A DNA stretch of 64,000 nucleotides from Penicillus capitatus. Its lineage: Eukaryota; Plantae; Chlorophyta. The DNA lies in assembly GCA_965649825.1 (NCBI GenBank), contig OZ287705.1:704214-768213 (forward strand), in the 5' to 3' direction. The notes beneath the pieces were generated by a model. It had not been told where the DNA came from. It did no database searches and was given only the letters and a program-made list of their open reading frames with translations. Positions 36,859 through 48,664 of this stretch are shown in pieces; position 1 is the first letter of the stretch; each line of letters starts with the position of its first letter. A program made the position numbers and the translations under genes.

Positions 36859-39800
36859 TCAATCTTCTTCCCTGACAGGCGGCATTGTTCTTACGTCAAA
36901 GGATGCTTGTATTCTCTCTTCTTGACGCCTCATCGCTTCCTGATTCCGGGCGACATAAGAACGAATCCAGGAGAACTTTCTAAAGAACAGGACAGGTCCT
37001 CCGCCTTCTGGTGCACCGATATCCATTCTCTGCGTTATTTGACCAGACTCCTCATCGTGGTCCCGACACTCAAGATATATAATATACATGTCCAATGCCA
37101 GATGTGCTCCAAGGTACAGACGATGCAGCATGTAAACCACAAAGAGGACATTGGCGGCGAAGGTACATACAGCGATGCCCATCTTCGCACCCTCAGAGGC
37201 ATTTGGGTCGTTGCTGACAATCCCGGTATAGAAGACAGAGATGGACATGAGCATCGAAGTAGCTTCGAGACCGTTAAGCGAAACGGCCCCCAGTGCGGAT
37301 CTCCAAAAACTGCCGATTTTCGTAGGAAGAAAGCGGTCAAGAGCGTTTCCACTGTATTCAGGAACATTTGGATGGTCCTTGTACTCGCGGAATGGCCTTT
37401 CGATCCAGTGCAGTGCAAAGGCCACAATAAGGACACCGAGAGCAGAAGTCGATTGCAGATTTGGACCAAGAGGAATGGCAAAAACGACGGATGCTTGAAT
37501 CAGCGCCTTTCTGATGAAAACCACTCCCTCCCAATAGGGTCCCCATCCATCTTCCTTATAACTTTGGTAGAGAAACCCATAGCGCTTAATAAAGACAAGA
37601 TTCTTCAGCCTGTGCTTGTTGGCGTGTACCCAGATGAAAATCCAGAGAATGAACAGAAACGAACAGGATAAACCGACACCTCCAGCCATGCCGGTTACCC
37701 AATGCTTATCCTGATAACAGTAAAGGCTAGTGTCTTGCACCCACACCTTTGAAAGAGTTTCTGTCATGTAGTGCTGTCCATGGCAGTCATGATCAACATC
37801 ATCGGCGTCTTGATCGACTTTAATGCAGTTGACAGCCTGCATGAAGGTTGCTGTGATGGTGCTGTATGCTTGAAATAGGAAGACCAACATGACGACAACA
37901 AACCAGGCCACTGGATCGTTGTGTGCTTGTTCCCTTTGTGCCTGGAGATCGGTGTTCTCTTCAGGGCCTAGTTGTATCTCCAGGCTGCCGATATCTCTCA
38001 TCTCGTCCGAAGATGCGTCACTCGTCTGTGTTGTGACCGACGTCTGAGTGCGTCGTGTCTTTTCACTCAGGCGGCTGCATATCCATTCAACGAAAACCAA
38101 CGCCGGGAGAGACATCAGATGCAGGACCAGGCGACTCCAGAATACAAACGTTGATTTTGAAGAGATCAAAGTCGACAGGCTGCTCTTCACGAAGCTTGTG
38201 CATTCCAATGGCACATAAAAGAAGCCATTTGTGAAGGCAATAAGCGAATCTACACAGGGCACAGCATTCGGTCATTTCGGCAGTGTCTGTGGACGTGCTT
38301 ACTTTGCCAGGACAGAAGAGCACGAACGGGCGCGAACCATCTGACGCTGATGTCCGATGCTGTGGCTGTCACCTGCAGATAGTTCACAAGGATCTGCACC
38401 GTGACAGATCAGAGGCTGTAGGTCATGGGATGTGACATGCCTTTAGTGTTTCGCTCAATTTCTCCCTGGCATCGGTGTGATCTGAAATCAATGCGTCTCG
38501 CACTTTTGTCTCGGGCTTCTCCATCAACCAACGATATATCTTTCGAGCTGCACAACAAGAAACGGATGAGATACTTTACTGAGCATGAATTTGTGGACAG
38601 CTTAATGCAAAGAGGCGTTTCACGGATCGCGGTGTCAGGTTCTGGCCTCTAGCAGTTGATTCTCTACTTGAATCTAAGATGCACATTCATCAACACACTT
38701 GTGAAGATGAAAAGCTCACCTCCATGGTTGGATTGCGTGTGCAGAAAGCTGTTAGAGTAGCTCTGGTTGATGAATCGCCGTCCAGTATTGTTGTTGGAAT
38801 GCATCCTTGATAAGCTTCGATAGAGCTGCCTTCTTTGCATCTCTGGAGCCGCATTCCTTGTCATGGTTGCTGTAATCGTGACATTCTCTGACACTAAGGC
38901 GGACGCTGTCCATATCTGCAGGATCATCAAAAAGACAGATGGCAGAAAGCTGGATAGGACGGAAAGTGCAAATTGCCATTCTTCGGGGCATGATTTACAC
39001 TGGCCTTCATCCAAACGACCGTAACCGTCTTCACACGAACCGCAGAGAACACTCTTGTAACCCTCTGCACACTGATGGTAGCTTTCGAACTCTGGACGAG
39101 GTGTCCTCTTGTCTTCCCTTTTCTCCTCGAGATACCGATCGAGTTCTTCTAGATCCTCGAGGACAAGCGTCGCATTCTCATAGTACTTTGCGAGTCTATC
39201 CATTCGGTTCTCATAGACGCATGCTTCCTTGATGATGCATTCGTGAAACCGAGGAGAGAAGGGTGTCGAGTGCCAGTAGCCATCCTCAGGGACCAGAACA
39301 GAGCCACCAGGGCACTGTGCGTGCTCTTCGCAGTCCAGGCACAAGGATGAGGTGTTGAAGGAGTAGCGATCTGCGGGACATGACGAGCACCCAGTGTCCG
39401 ACTCCACTTCGCCCGGGACGCATTCCCTCGTCGTGAAGTTCAGGTGTGCCAGTAGCTGCTTTCCATCCGATCTCTGGTATCGGAATTCGATGGCAGACGT
39501 CTGGTTGATGCCGACCCCTCTTGTCTGGTTGACATTGACGATCCCGTTCCTCGCTCGATACGTCTGCTCTCCGAGAATGTCGGGAGACACGGCGAGCACT
39601 GCGAGACCTGAATGAAGAAAACAGGTGTCGGCAGCATCCGCACAGCTTGCGTGCATCGAACCTGCGTCCGGAATCCCGCCAGTGATTCTCTGGTTGAAGG
39701 CGTCTCTGACTTCGATCTTGATGCCATCCTCGCGATCTTCCTGGCAATCTGCAGAGTCCCTGCACGGCGGCAGCAGTCTAGCGCCCCCTCTGTGGTCGGT

Positions 39801-42581
39801 TATGCCGCCGGATTCTGGATCCACGATCTGAAGCGAGTCCACCCTGCCTGCCATGTCTGGGCCGTAGATGCCGCCAGACTCCTTCAGACAGGCACACTAA
39901 GAACAACGGCATGTGCCTTCTGTGCGACGCTGTACCAGGACCCTGTTGGCTTCGAAGTGGAAGCAGTCCGTCAGTGGACTGCTATCGATCTGTGCTCGAC
40001 TCAGCTGCCTCCAGTTTGCCACGTCTGATCGCGATTTGCCGCACCCGACGATCACCAGCCCCGGATCCGCGACGAACAGGCCGCCGGCCCCGAAGGCGGC
40101 TGTGTTCCCGATGAAGGACATGTTGAACAGGTGGAACAGCCGACACGGCTCGATGTCGAGGACATTGGTTTCACACTTTGTATCGTCTCCGGTGCTCCAG
40201 TTGCCGACGATGCTCACGAACATGCCACCTGCGACGTGGAATGAGGAAGAAGAACGTCTCTCGTGAGCCTGCGTTACCTCCGACCAGCGCATCGTTGTCT
40301 TCGAAGTGCGTCTCCTGTGTGCTGATGTCTGCCATGGCGCTGTCCGGAACACCGCCGTAGGCCAGACACACCCCGCCGCCTCCTCCGTTGCCGCAATGCC
40401 TGAGAGAGTCCTCGGCGATCACGCTTTCCTCCTCGCTCGATTCTCTCCTGTTGAGACCGGAGACAGACGCCGATTTCAGTTTCCTGCCGAACGGTGGGAT
40501 CTGTGCTGACAGATCGGCTCTGAGGTCATCGCCGTCGACCGCGTGGTTCTGCACGAAGCGGCATCGTTTCATCTGGCACAGACAACCGTGCAATGGGTGG
40601 TGCATCGCCTCCAGCGACCGGCCATACCTGAAGCGTGTTCTCCTTCTGTCGGTTCCCTTCCACGAAGACGCCGCCGCCTGAAGCTGCCTTGTTCCGGAGA
40701 AACTCGTTCCACCACTCCGACTTCGCCGATCCGAACGTCACACTTGCAGCAGATCTCAGGGCCGCTCCTCCTCCGTGCATCGCGACATTGTCGTGGAAAC
40801 GTGACTCCTCAATGCGGACGTCCCGCGAAGAATCCAGGACGAACAGACCGCCTCCCGCTCTCCTCGCCCTGTTCCTCTCGAAGTTCACGTTCCTCAGCAG
40901 CATGGTCCCGCATCCAGCACACATGAGACCTCCTCCATCCACGGCCGAGTTCTCCGCGAACAGGTTCCGTGTCTCGGGATCTTCGTTTCCAGAGCCGGCC
41001 GACACCGGCTTCGCAGTGAAGCGCGCTCCATTTGTCAGCATCACCGCCCCGCCGAGGCCGGCTGAGTTCCTCCGCCATGTCGTGTTGCGCTGCGCGATGC
41101 CACCACTGTTCCGAAGAAGTGCCGCTCCTCCTGCCTTTTCGGCTCCGTTCCCGTCGAACATGCATCCATCGATGTCGATGTTGACCAGATGCACTGTGAC
41201 AATGTGAAGAGCGCCGCCACTCGCTCCAGCACGATTGGCCTTGAAGGTCGATCGCATGATCTCAAGGGTCTTCAATGCAGCAGAGGCAGCGGCAAAGTAG
41301 ATGGCACCTCCGATGTTCTCCTCCGTATTGCTCCAGACAGTTTCTTCGATGATCGCGGCCTGGTTGTCTTGAAAGTGGCAACCTTCGACGCGGACGAATA
41401 TATCGTTCTCAAAATCCGTCAGATCGTTAGCGTCCAGCGTTGCGTATATGGCGCCGCCACTCGTCGCCCTGTTTGTCAGGAATTCTGTCCCGATCACGCT
41501 GAGCCTTTCAACTGAGCTCACAGCAACGGCACCTCCACCATTGCCAGGAGATTTGAAAATGAAGTAACGGTCATGCTCGATCAACTCTCCGCTTCTTCGG
41601 TATACCGTACCATCCAAGCCCCCTTCAATCACTGTGTTGTTGCGAAAGTGAGAGTCGGATATCTCCAATTGCGATCCTGGGTCCGTCACATAGATGGCTC
41701 CTCCTTTTTGATTGGCAAGATTGTTCATGAAATTGGAACGAAGGACTTTGAGAGTGCACTGTTCACCGTAGACAGCGCCGCCCATATCCGATTTGTTGTC
41801 ATCAAAAACCGAGTCCCTTATGATCACAGTGAGGGGTATAATGGCCATGCACCACCACTTGGCCAGGCAACCCCTAGCAGAGATCGCACCACCAGCTGGT
41901 TGATAGAGGTCGAAATTTGAGTTGTTGCGAAAAGTCACCCGGTCAAAGACAACACTCTCGTGAGGACAGTTATCATTGTCCAGTTCAATCAACACCGCTG
42001 GGTGACCCCTGCAGCCTTCAAATGTGAGCGATGTGATCGTGACATTTCGTACCCTAGACAGCACATACAGTGAAGAAGAGAATGAGAGAAGCCATGGTGG
42101 TACTCACGCGATGTTGAGGATGCTGTCATCTTCTGGACAGACCAGTATGGTGACTTCATGAGATTCGCCTCTGAGATGTACATCGTGTTGTTCGATCCAC
42201 AAACTCTCCGACAAGACGAACACATTTCCACTCAAGTTAATGGTTTCGCCAGACTCGGCATTGCTCATCGCTTCTTTGAGCTCATCCACTGACGACACGT
42301 ACACACTGCCAGTTTCCAGACCTACAGACATCGATGTTTATCTAGAGTATGTCTAAGTAGACTTGTTCATGAGATCGCTCTTGTGCACAAACAATCAAAA
42401 TTTGGCGCCGCAGGCTGTGGGATGAAATCCTGGAGGTTTAGACAAAGAAGAGAGAATCGGCGATTGGATAGATGTTCGTGTTACCTTTGGTCGAAATGTT
42501 ATCCGTCGTCGCTTCTGTGTAAGAATCAGATGCAGTAGATGTCAGCACGACGCAGAGGAAAAGGAGATATCTGAAACCCAT
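36859..42581 (-). CDS. Large secreted/membrane receptor-like protein: signal peptide, PMP/pectin-lyase-like beta-helix (GGAI/F..N repeats), Cys-rich repeat, multi-pass TM domain
   Basis: MGFRYLLFLCVVLTSTAS signal; repeated F..N.A..GGA(I/V); CVPGEV...CSSCPADRYS...CPGG..LVPEDGYWHS; about 7 hydrophobic helices with WVQDTSLYCYQDKHW and YWEGVVFIRK. Confidence 0.85.
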
Positions 42582-44451
42582 CTGCCTAAGCAAGCTTCCG
42601 TCCAGCTGGGAAACAAAAGCAGTACGGTTCTGTCAGGTCTGCTCACAAGGCAACAGTCCGTCGCGATCAGACAAGACAGACATCGGAAAAACGAAACGCA
42701 TCTTAATGAATTTTTTTCATTCGCATGGAAATGCAGGAATGTGTAACGGCAATTCATGCTACCTAGAAGCGTTGCGTTTCTTGTTTCGTGCTTGTCTGAC
42801 CCGAGGAACCACAGTGATCGGGATTCAAATGGCGAAAAGTTCTCTTATGTATTCGGACAGGAACTCCACAGCAATACACAGCCTTGACTGCAAAAACAGG
42901 CCGTCGTACATGCATTAATGAATTCTAACCGTCACGGTATAACCGAAATGCTAGGGCTGAGGACTGTTTGGATAAGCAGATTGGAGATCGTTCTAAATAA
43001 AACACATGGTGTTCTGTGTTTCCGATATGTGTCTGGGCAATTCACGCCAACCTTGACAATCATACGTGCCGCTCAGACGTGTAGAGGGCTGGGTTGGACA
43101 GAGGCTGCTGTCACCATTAATGGTGCATTCGCAACAAATGCTTTCAATTCCACTCTTCACGCTCGTCGGGTACGCTCCCGCACAAAAATCGCATGAAGGC
43201 AAATACAGTCATTATTTCGCAGACGGTATTTGTTGTCCTTGCCTGACTGAAATGCCATAAATGAGGCTCGTCACGATGACAGACCTGTATCCTCCCTCGT
43301 CGGAGAACAAACCTCATTGATACTGAGGTTCTTGCTAGTGGTCTTAATCAAGGAGTCCCTGCATGAATACCTGCATCACAGGAAGAGATACCCCGAGTCG
43401 AGACTTGAATACGCTGGCGCAACTTCTCTGCCGAAAGCTAGTGCTCAGCGTTCTTCAATGACGCCGACTCGCTAATGTTCTTAATGCGACAATCAATCAG
43501 TATAGTCTTGACAGCGAAGGGTCCGTGAACAATGAGCTTTTGACGAATAAGGATGCCCCTTCATTGGAAACACCTCATCCTTTCAAGGCATCAAGGTGGT
43601 TAGCACATCTGAGAAAACCAAGAGTATGAAGTGTGAAGGTCAACGTACGAATTTCTCTATTGACAGGAAAACAGCAGTATTCACTCCGACACAGATATCG
43701 TCAGTGCGTAGAAAACCTTATGGTCAAAGAGTGAGCTAGTAGTTAAGACGTACGTCTCCGCCGATCAAGTAGTCTAAATCATTAGATGTCACACATCGTG
43801 CTACTCGCCTTCAGATGATGGACACAAATTGGACGAAATCGTCCCAATAACCTGTAGACCGCCAACAACTCCGATTCAATCCCAATGATTTCGCAATCGT
43901 CGTCCAACAGCCTGTGTCCACGAAATCGTAGATCCTCACAATGCGTCATGGACTAGATCGAAGCTACGCTGCAGCAGCTTCCCCATATCCCTTTTCAGGC
44001 CATCGAGCTATCCAAGCCAATCATGCATCTGGATCATCTGTTCGCTCATGTCTCCAACGTGAAGGCGTATAGGACGGCGGGGTCACTGAGTCATCTTATC
44101 CTCTCTTATACATCAATAGAGCTCTTCATTTACATCTCTGCAATCCACGCCGCTGCTCAGAAAACCCACGTTCGTTGAAGCCATCCATCGGTGCGGTGGC
44201 TGAGAACAGCCACCTCTTTTCACCGTCCAGTTGCTGTCTTCCAGACAGCACCACAACTGACAACAGCAAAGAACAGAGACGCGCTTTCCTTTGTAATTCG
44301 CCGTCCGTTGAAGTCGATGCCGAATCCGACTGCGGATTCTATTTTAGTACCAGTCTTTGAAATGCATCCTCCGCCGACGATTGAGTCTATTTGATTGTCT
44401 GCCCTTTGCGCCGTCTTCCCTTTTGCGCGTTCCTTTCTGATTCTCAGTGAT

Positions 44452-45630
44452 ATGCGTTGTCGAAACGTCTTCCTCTTCCTGACTCTCCTGCATGCGCTCG
44501 GAGCTGGACTTTGTTACGTACCGGATGAAGAGATAGATGGCACAGCCATGCGCAAAAGCCCTTTCTTTCCGTCTGGGAAAGAGGTTTTTGAGAACACTGC
44601 GACGAGCAATGTGTTATGCATCGAAGTGAAGAAAATCAAAAAGATCCTTAATGAAGCATATACGCCGCCATGTTGCACCGAGGAGATTGAAGGAAAGATC
44701 GATTGTTTTGTCGGCGACTCTGCTATGAAAGTCCAACATGTTCACATCGATGCGACCGGAGACACGCATGTGTACTCTGGTCCGTCAAACCTCGGAGGAA
44801 ATGCATATAGTGGAATGGGATGCGTCAGTAAGGGCGAAGGCTACGTTGATGTCCTGACGCTAACCTTGGACCATCAAATCACGAGGAAGTCGAAGAATCC
44901 GGCAGGGTGGAATTCAGGCTGGTCTGTTAATCCGAGAGGTTGCATTTTCATAGACCGGCCAGAATGCGTGTACTCTACGGCCAATCGTCTCGACTGTTTC
45001 AACAGAGGAACTCAAAACGCTCCGTACAATCATTGGGCTATCGGTACAGTTTGGAAGAACAGAGGGATAAAAGGCGCCCCCCTTTACTCGCCCCTTCGGT
45101 GCATTACGCGCTATGAAGGAGCGATCGATTGTTTTGCGATCCAAAGAGCAAAAGAAGGTACCGTTAACACAGGTCCCATATCGCATCTCAGAATCGTCGA
45201 TACCGTTATTCCGTCATGGGAGATCATAGGCCGTGAAGTACAGAAGGAAGGCACCGTCACAGGCACTAAAGATAGGATGGATTTCTTCGGTCGTGGATGG
45301 GACAATCAAGTCAAGCAAAGGACATGGACAGCGACAGGAGGCTGGGGAAGCTGGAAAACCCTCGAAGGCGGCCACTTCTTGTCGGATCCAAAATGCATTA
45401 GCGCTCAGTACCCATACACGATCTGGTGCTTCGCCGTCGGCATTGACGGATACAGACTCTACAGGAATATCTACAGCAGTAATGCATGGACGGGATGGAA
45501 GGACGGCTGTGATACGAGCATTTATCAATTCCCCGAGGCGCCAACATGCTTCTTCAGCAAAAAAAGGGAAGTGTCTTGTTACGGCAGAGATTTCAACGCG
45601 CGGTTGATCGAAATCGTCTACGACGTCTAG
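44452..45630 (+). CDS. Intronless secreted seven-repeat beta-propeller protein, PLL/fucose-lectin (DUF346)-like
   Basis: Signal peptide MRCRNVFLFLTLLHALGAG; seven 45-50 aa repeats of form P.C....(R/K).DCF.(R)G.D.....W...W.GW (e.g. RMDFFGRGWDNQVKQRTWTATGGWGSWKTLEGG). Confidence 0.75.
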   Translation: MRCRNVFLFLTLLHALGAGLCYVPDEEIDGTAMRKSPFFPSGKEVFENTATSNVLCIEVKKIKKILNEAYTPPCCTEEIEGKIDCFVGDSAMKVQHVHIDATGDTHVYSGPSNLGGNAYSGMGCVSKGEGYVDVLTLTLDHQITRKSKNPAGWNSGWSVNPRGCIFIDRPECVYSTANRLDCFNRGTQNAPYNHWAIGTVWKNRGIKGAPLYSPLRCITRYEGAIDCFAIQRAKEGTVNTGPISHLRIVDTVIPSWEIIGREVQKEGTVTGTKDRMDFFGRGWDNQVKQRTWTATGGWGSWKTLEGGHFLSDPKCISAQYPYTIWCFAVGIDGYRLYRNIYSSNAWTGWKDGCDTSIYQFPEAPTCFFSKKREVSCYGRDFNARLIEIVYDV

Positions 45631-46837
45631 TGTCGTCCGTGGCCGAAAGTTTTGCTTTCCTGTGTTTCTGATGTTGTGCATTAGGAGCACGAAGAATGAA
45701 ACATGTGGCTCTATCCGGTGCTCGACAACATCTCTTTCTTATCAGTTTAACCATTAGGCTTCTAAACACACTGCAGTATCAAGTTCCTACTGTCTTTGTC
45801 TCTATCTCGAAGTACGTCGAACCGCGACGTGTATGCGTCTTGTGTGAAAGCTGGCACGGTTGACAGGTAACGTCAGTATCGTCAATTGAGCATTCTTCCT
45901 GAGACAACGGCTTTCTAAAAGCCCCGTGTTGAGATTGCAAGCAGGCGACGAAAGATCCCGTCACTTATTTACGACGGGAATGTGTTTTCGTAACAACACC
46001 GAACCGAGAAACAGGCACCTTCTCTGTCGCGATATGCGAAGAAGCCTGTTTTTTCACCGCCAGTCGGTTTGCAGTCGTCCGTAGAATCTTCGCCGTCTAT
46101 TCTGCGGAATTCTTATTATCTCAAAATCCGATGCTTTTCAGTTCGATAGATGCTTCTTCATCGAAGCAACAGAACAAAGAGGAATCCACAAAGTCGCAAC
46201 GTCAGCGACAGGCAGCCACTCGACACTGTATTATCCATCGCGTATGAGCACTTCGTCGTCTTTTTCCCCAAAGTTGGCCGGTAACGCATCGACCCGCGTC
46301 AGCCGCTCTCGGTCTGTCTGTCGTAATTTCGACACCTCCATCGACTAAAACAACTCGCTGGGCGTTTCTATCCACGCCTTGTAGTTTTCCCTAACGAAAG
46401 CTGTCTTGAAATCTTGCTGAAATCGATGTCAGCACTCGACGGACGCGTCACGTAGAAATATAGAAACTCTGGATTCTTATCCTCTCCGACGTCGAACAGC
46501 ACCTCTCTTGAAAGCAGTTGAGAATAAACGGCCAACTGATAACAATGCTGTTCTAAGCGCATTTGTTCATTCCTTTGAAACGAAGCTGCGTCAACGAGAC
46601 TTCGAGCCCAGACGAGGCTCAAAAGCAAACGTTCGTTTCCAACTATTGCAACTAGACAACTTCGTCGAGGACTTAGGAGAGGAGGCGGAATTGCATTGAA
46701 AGCGGTCAGTCCATCCGATCTGGCAGTAACGGTCTCATTCAATGAACGGACTAACTCAAGTGCAAAGGGATGCGCGTTTGGATATGTATATCCCAGTATG
46801 AAAACTAGAACTGCCACTACAGAAGCATTCAATCGAC

Positions 46838-47207
46838 TCACAACATGTCGTCTGCCCACAGACACATTTGGAAGACCAAACCCTCGACATCCAACTTAAC
46901 GTTTCCCTTGTTCAGCATTCTTATTTTTCTTCTAACGAAAAGAGAGTCGCTCTTCGGATGACAATGGATTCCTCCAATCTTCAAATCTGAACGAACGATG
47001 CGATGACATGGGACCGCCTTCAATCCATTCATCTTCAGAGACTGTCCGACTGTTCGAGGAGAAGTTTTGAGAATCTTGGCCAACTGACCATACGTCGTTC
47101 GTTGCCTTCCCTTTCGGCACCAATTGACACAAGTGGAAGATAGTGTTTCGAAATGTAGAGTACTTAGGAGTTTTACCTACAAAGCGAGTTCGTCCTATTG
47201 TAGACAT
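46838..47207 (-). pseudogene. MGMT: O6-methylguanine-DNA methyltransferase-like gene interrupted by a 4-bp duplication (pseudogene, sequencing error or rescued by splicing)
   Basis: FRNTIFHLCQLVPKGKAT in one frame; TYGQLAKILKTSPRTVG...VPCHRIV (active-site Cys motif) in another; tandem AACG-AACG at the junction. Confidence 0.75.
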
Positions 47208-47221
47208 GATTCACTGTTTTC

Positions 47222-47410
47222 TCACTCTTCATCGTTGACTTTAGTCGTCGCGGCACTTTCCAGTTGGCGCGTGATCTCTGTCTCCAAGTTGTCTGTTGCT
47301 ACGGCGCGGATGCTGTACAAGTAGGTCGCACCAACGAAACTGGCAAGACACGTAGCGACAGCCCAGTTTGGCAGAATAGTTCTTCGGGCGCCAATAACAA
47401 AACGCGTCAT
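47222..47410 (-). CDS. COA3: COA3-like cytochrome c oxidase assembly factor (62 aa)
   Basis: NWAVATCLASFVGATYLYSIRAVATDNLETEI matches the Coa3/CCDC56 TM + Y.YSIRAV motif. Confidence 0.7.
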   Translation of the reverse strand: MTRFVIGARRTILPNWAVATCLASFVGATYLYSIRAVATDNLETEITRQLESAATTKVNDEE

Positions 47411-47470
47411 GAAACTCCTTCGACGTGACTGAAACGCGCTCTCTGACGAGACGATCAAAACAGATCTCAG

Positions 47471-48464
47471 ATGAAGACGTACGGACGACCGGCCTATGCG
47501 GCGAATCTATTCAAAGCTCCGGCAATCTGCGTCAGGGTTAAAAAGCACAGACAACCTGCACGCGTTACGAAACAGTGCACCCGTTCGTGCTCCGATGATC
47601 ACCGACATCACGCCTATTATGTTCGTAGAAGAACGGTGTGCGATGCAGCCAAGCAGTTTACTCGGGAATCAGAATCTCCTGCTTCGCCCACAACATGGAA
47701 GCGGATTGTTAGTAAGCTAAGATTCTACGAGGTGCGCACGGGTAGAGAAGAGAGCGCACGATGATGCTTGAATTGGACAGATCCAGTCCATTTCGTGCGA
47801 TGGCCTGCTGTCAGCAAAGGCTTCTGGTGCTGCGGTCATCGACGTTCGGCCAAAGAAGGAATACGAATCGGTACGTCTTGCATGCGGTGCTGAATTCGAA
47901 CCGTGTCCCAAATGAAGGGATTCATCGAAGATTCGATCAACATTCCATTGTACGAGTTGATCAAGGGATGGTAAGTGAATCTTTAGCCGCCTCTTCTGTT
48001 GTACTGATATGCACAGGTCACCAAGAAAGGCAGTAACACGGCTTGGCTTCTTGGCTTTTGGCGTACTGAATGGGACGGAGTTGAACGAGAACTTCTTCGA
48101 CGGTAACATGATACCACACATGTGTCTGTCGTCTACTGAGAGCAGAGGTGGAGCAGGTTGCCACTCCAGAAGATGATATCATCCTCGTCTGCGGTCAAGG
48201 CGGAACAGTGCAACAGAATTCCGCCAACCAAGCCGTCTTCCCGTCGCGGTCATTCCTCTGCATATTTCTCTCTTTCTGATTCCTACAATCCGAGTAGATC
48301 GCTAATAGCTGCACATGAATTGATATGCAATGGATACAAGAATGTTCGAGTACTCCAATCTGGCGCAAGAGGATGGGACGAAGAAGGAAGGTGAAGCCAA
48401 GAACATTCAACTCTCATGCTTCACGTGTTTTCACAGAGACATGCTGATGGTCGTGGACGAGTGA
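47471..48464 (+). CDS. STR14: Rhodanese-like protein, STR14-type, plastid
   Basis: VIDVRPKKEYE-GFIEDSINIPLY...RLGFLAFGVLNGTELNENF...IILVCGQGG...SRSLIAAHELICNGYKNVRVLQSGARGW. Confidence 0.85.
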
Positions 48465-48664
48465 ACAAACCACACACTTCCGGCGGACCTTGCCTTCTTG
48501 AATATCGATATCGTTTCTCTGCGCTTGGATGACCTTTTATCCCTTTCAGTTTTGGTCCTGCAATCTGTTGCCAGAAAGGAGGCACTGAGAACGGCATTTA
48601 AGGAAGGATTAAACAAGTCCTATTTAGATGGCGAATCCGTCCATCGGTCATCCAATCGACAGGA

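Noticed and set aside
46368-46865. 165-codon minus-strand ORF downstream of MGMT
   Set aside because: Starts at GTG, no recognisable family, no supporting splice structure.
1648-47207. Apparent DNA-repair gene cluster (HOP2, RAD18, exonuclease, MGMT)
   Set aside because: Spread over 45 kb among unrelated housekeeping genes; consistent with chance in a gene-dense genome.
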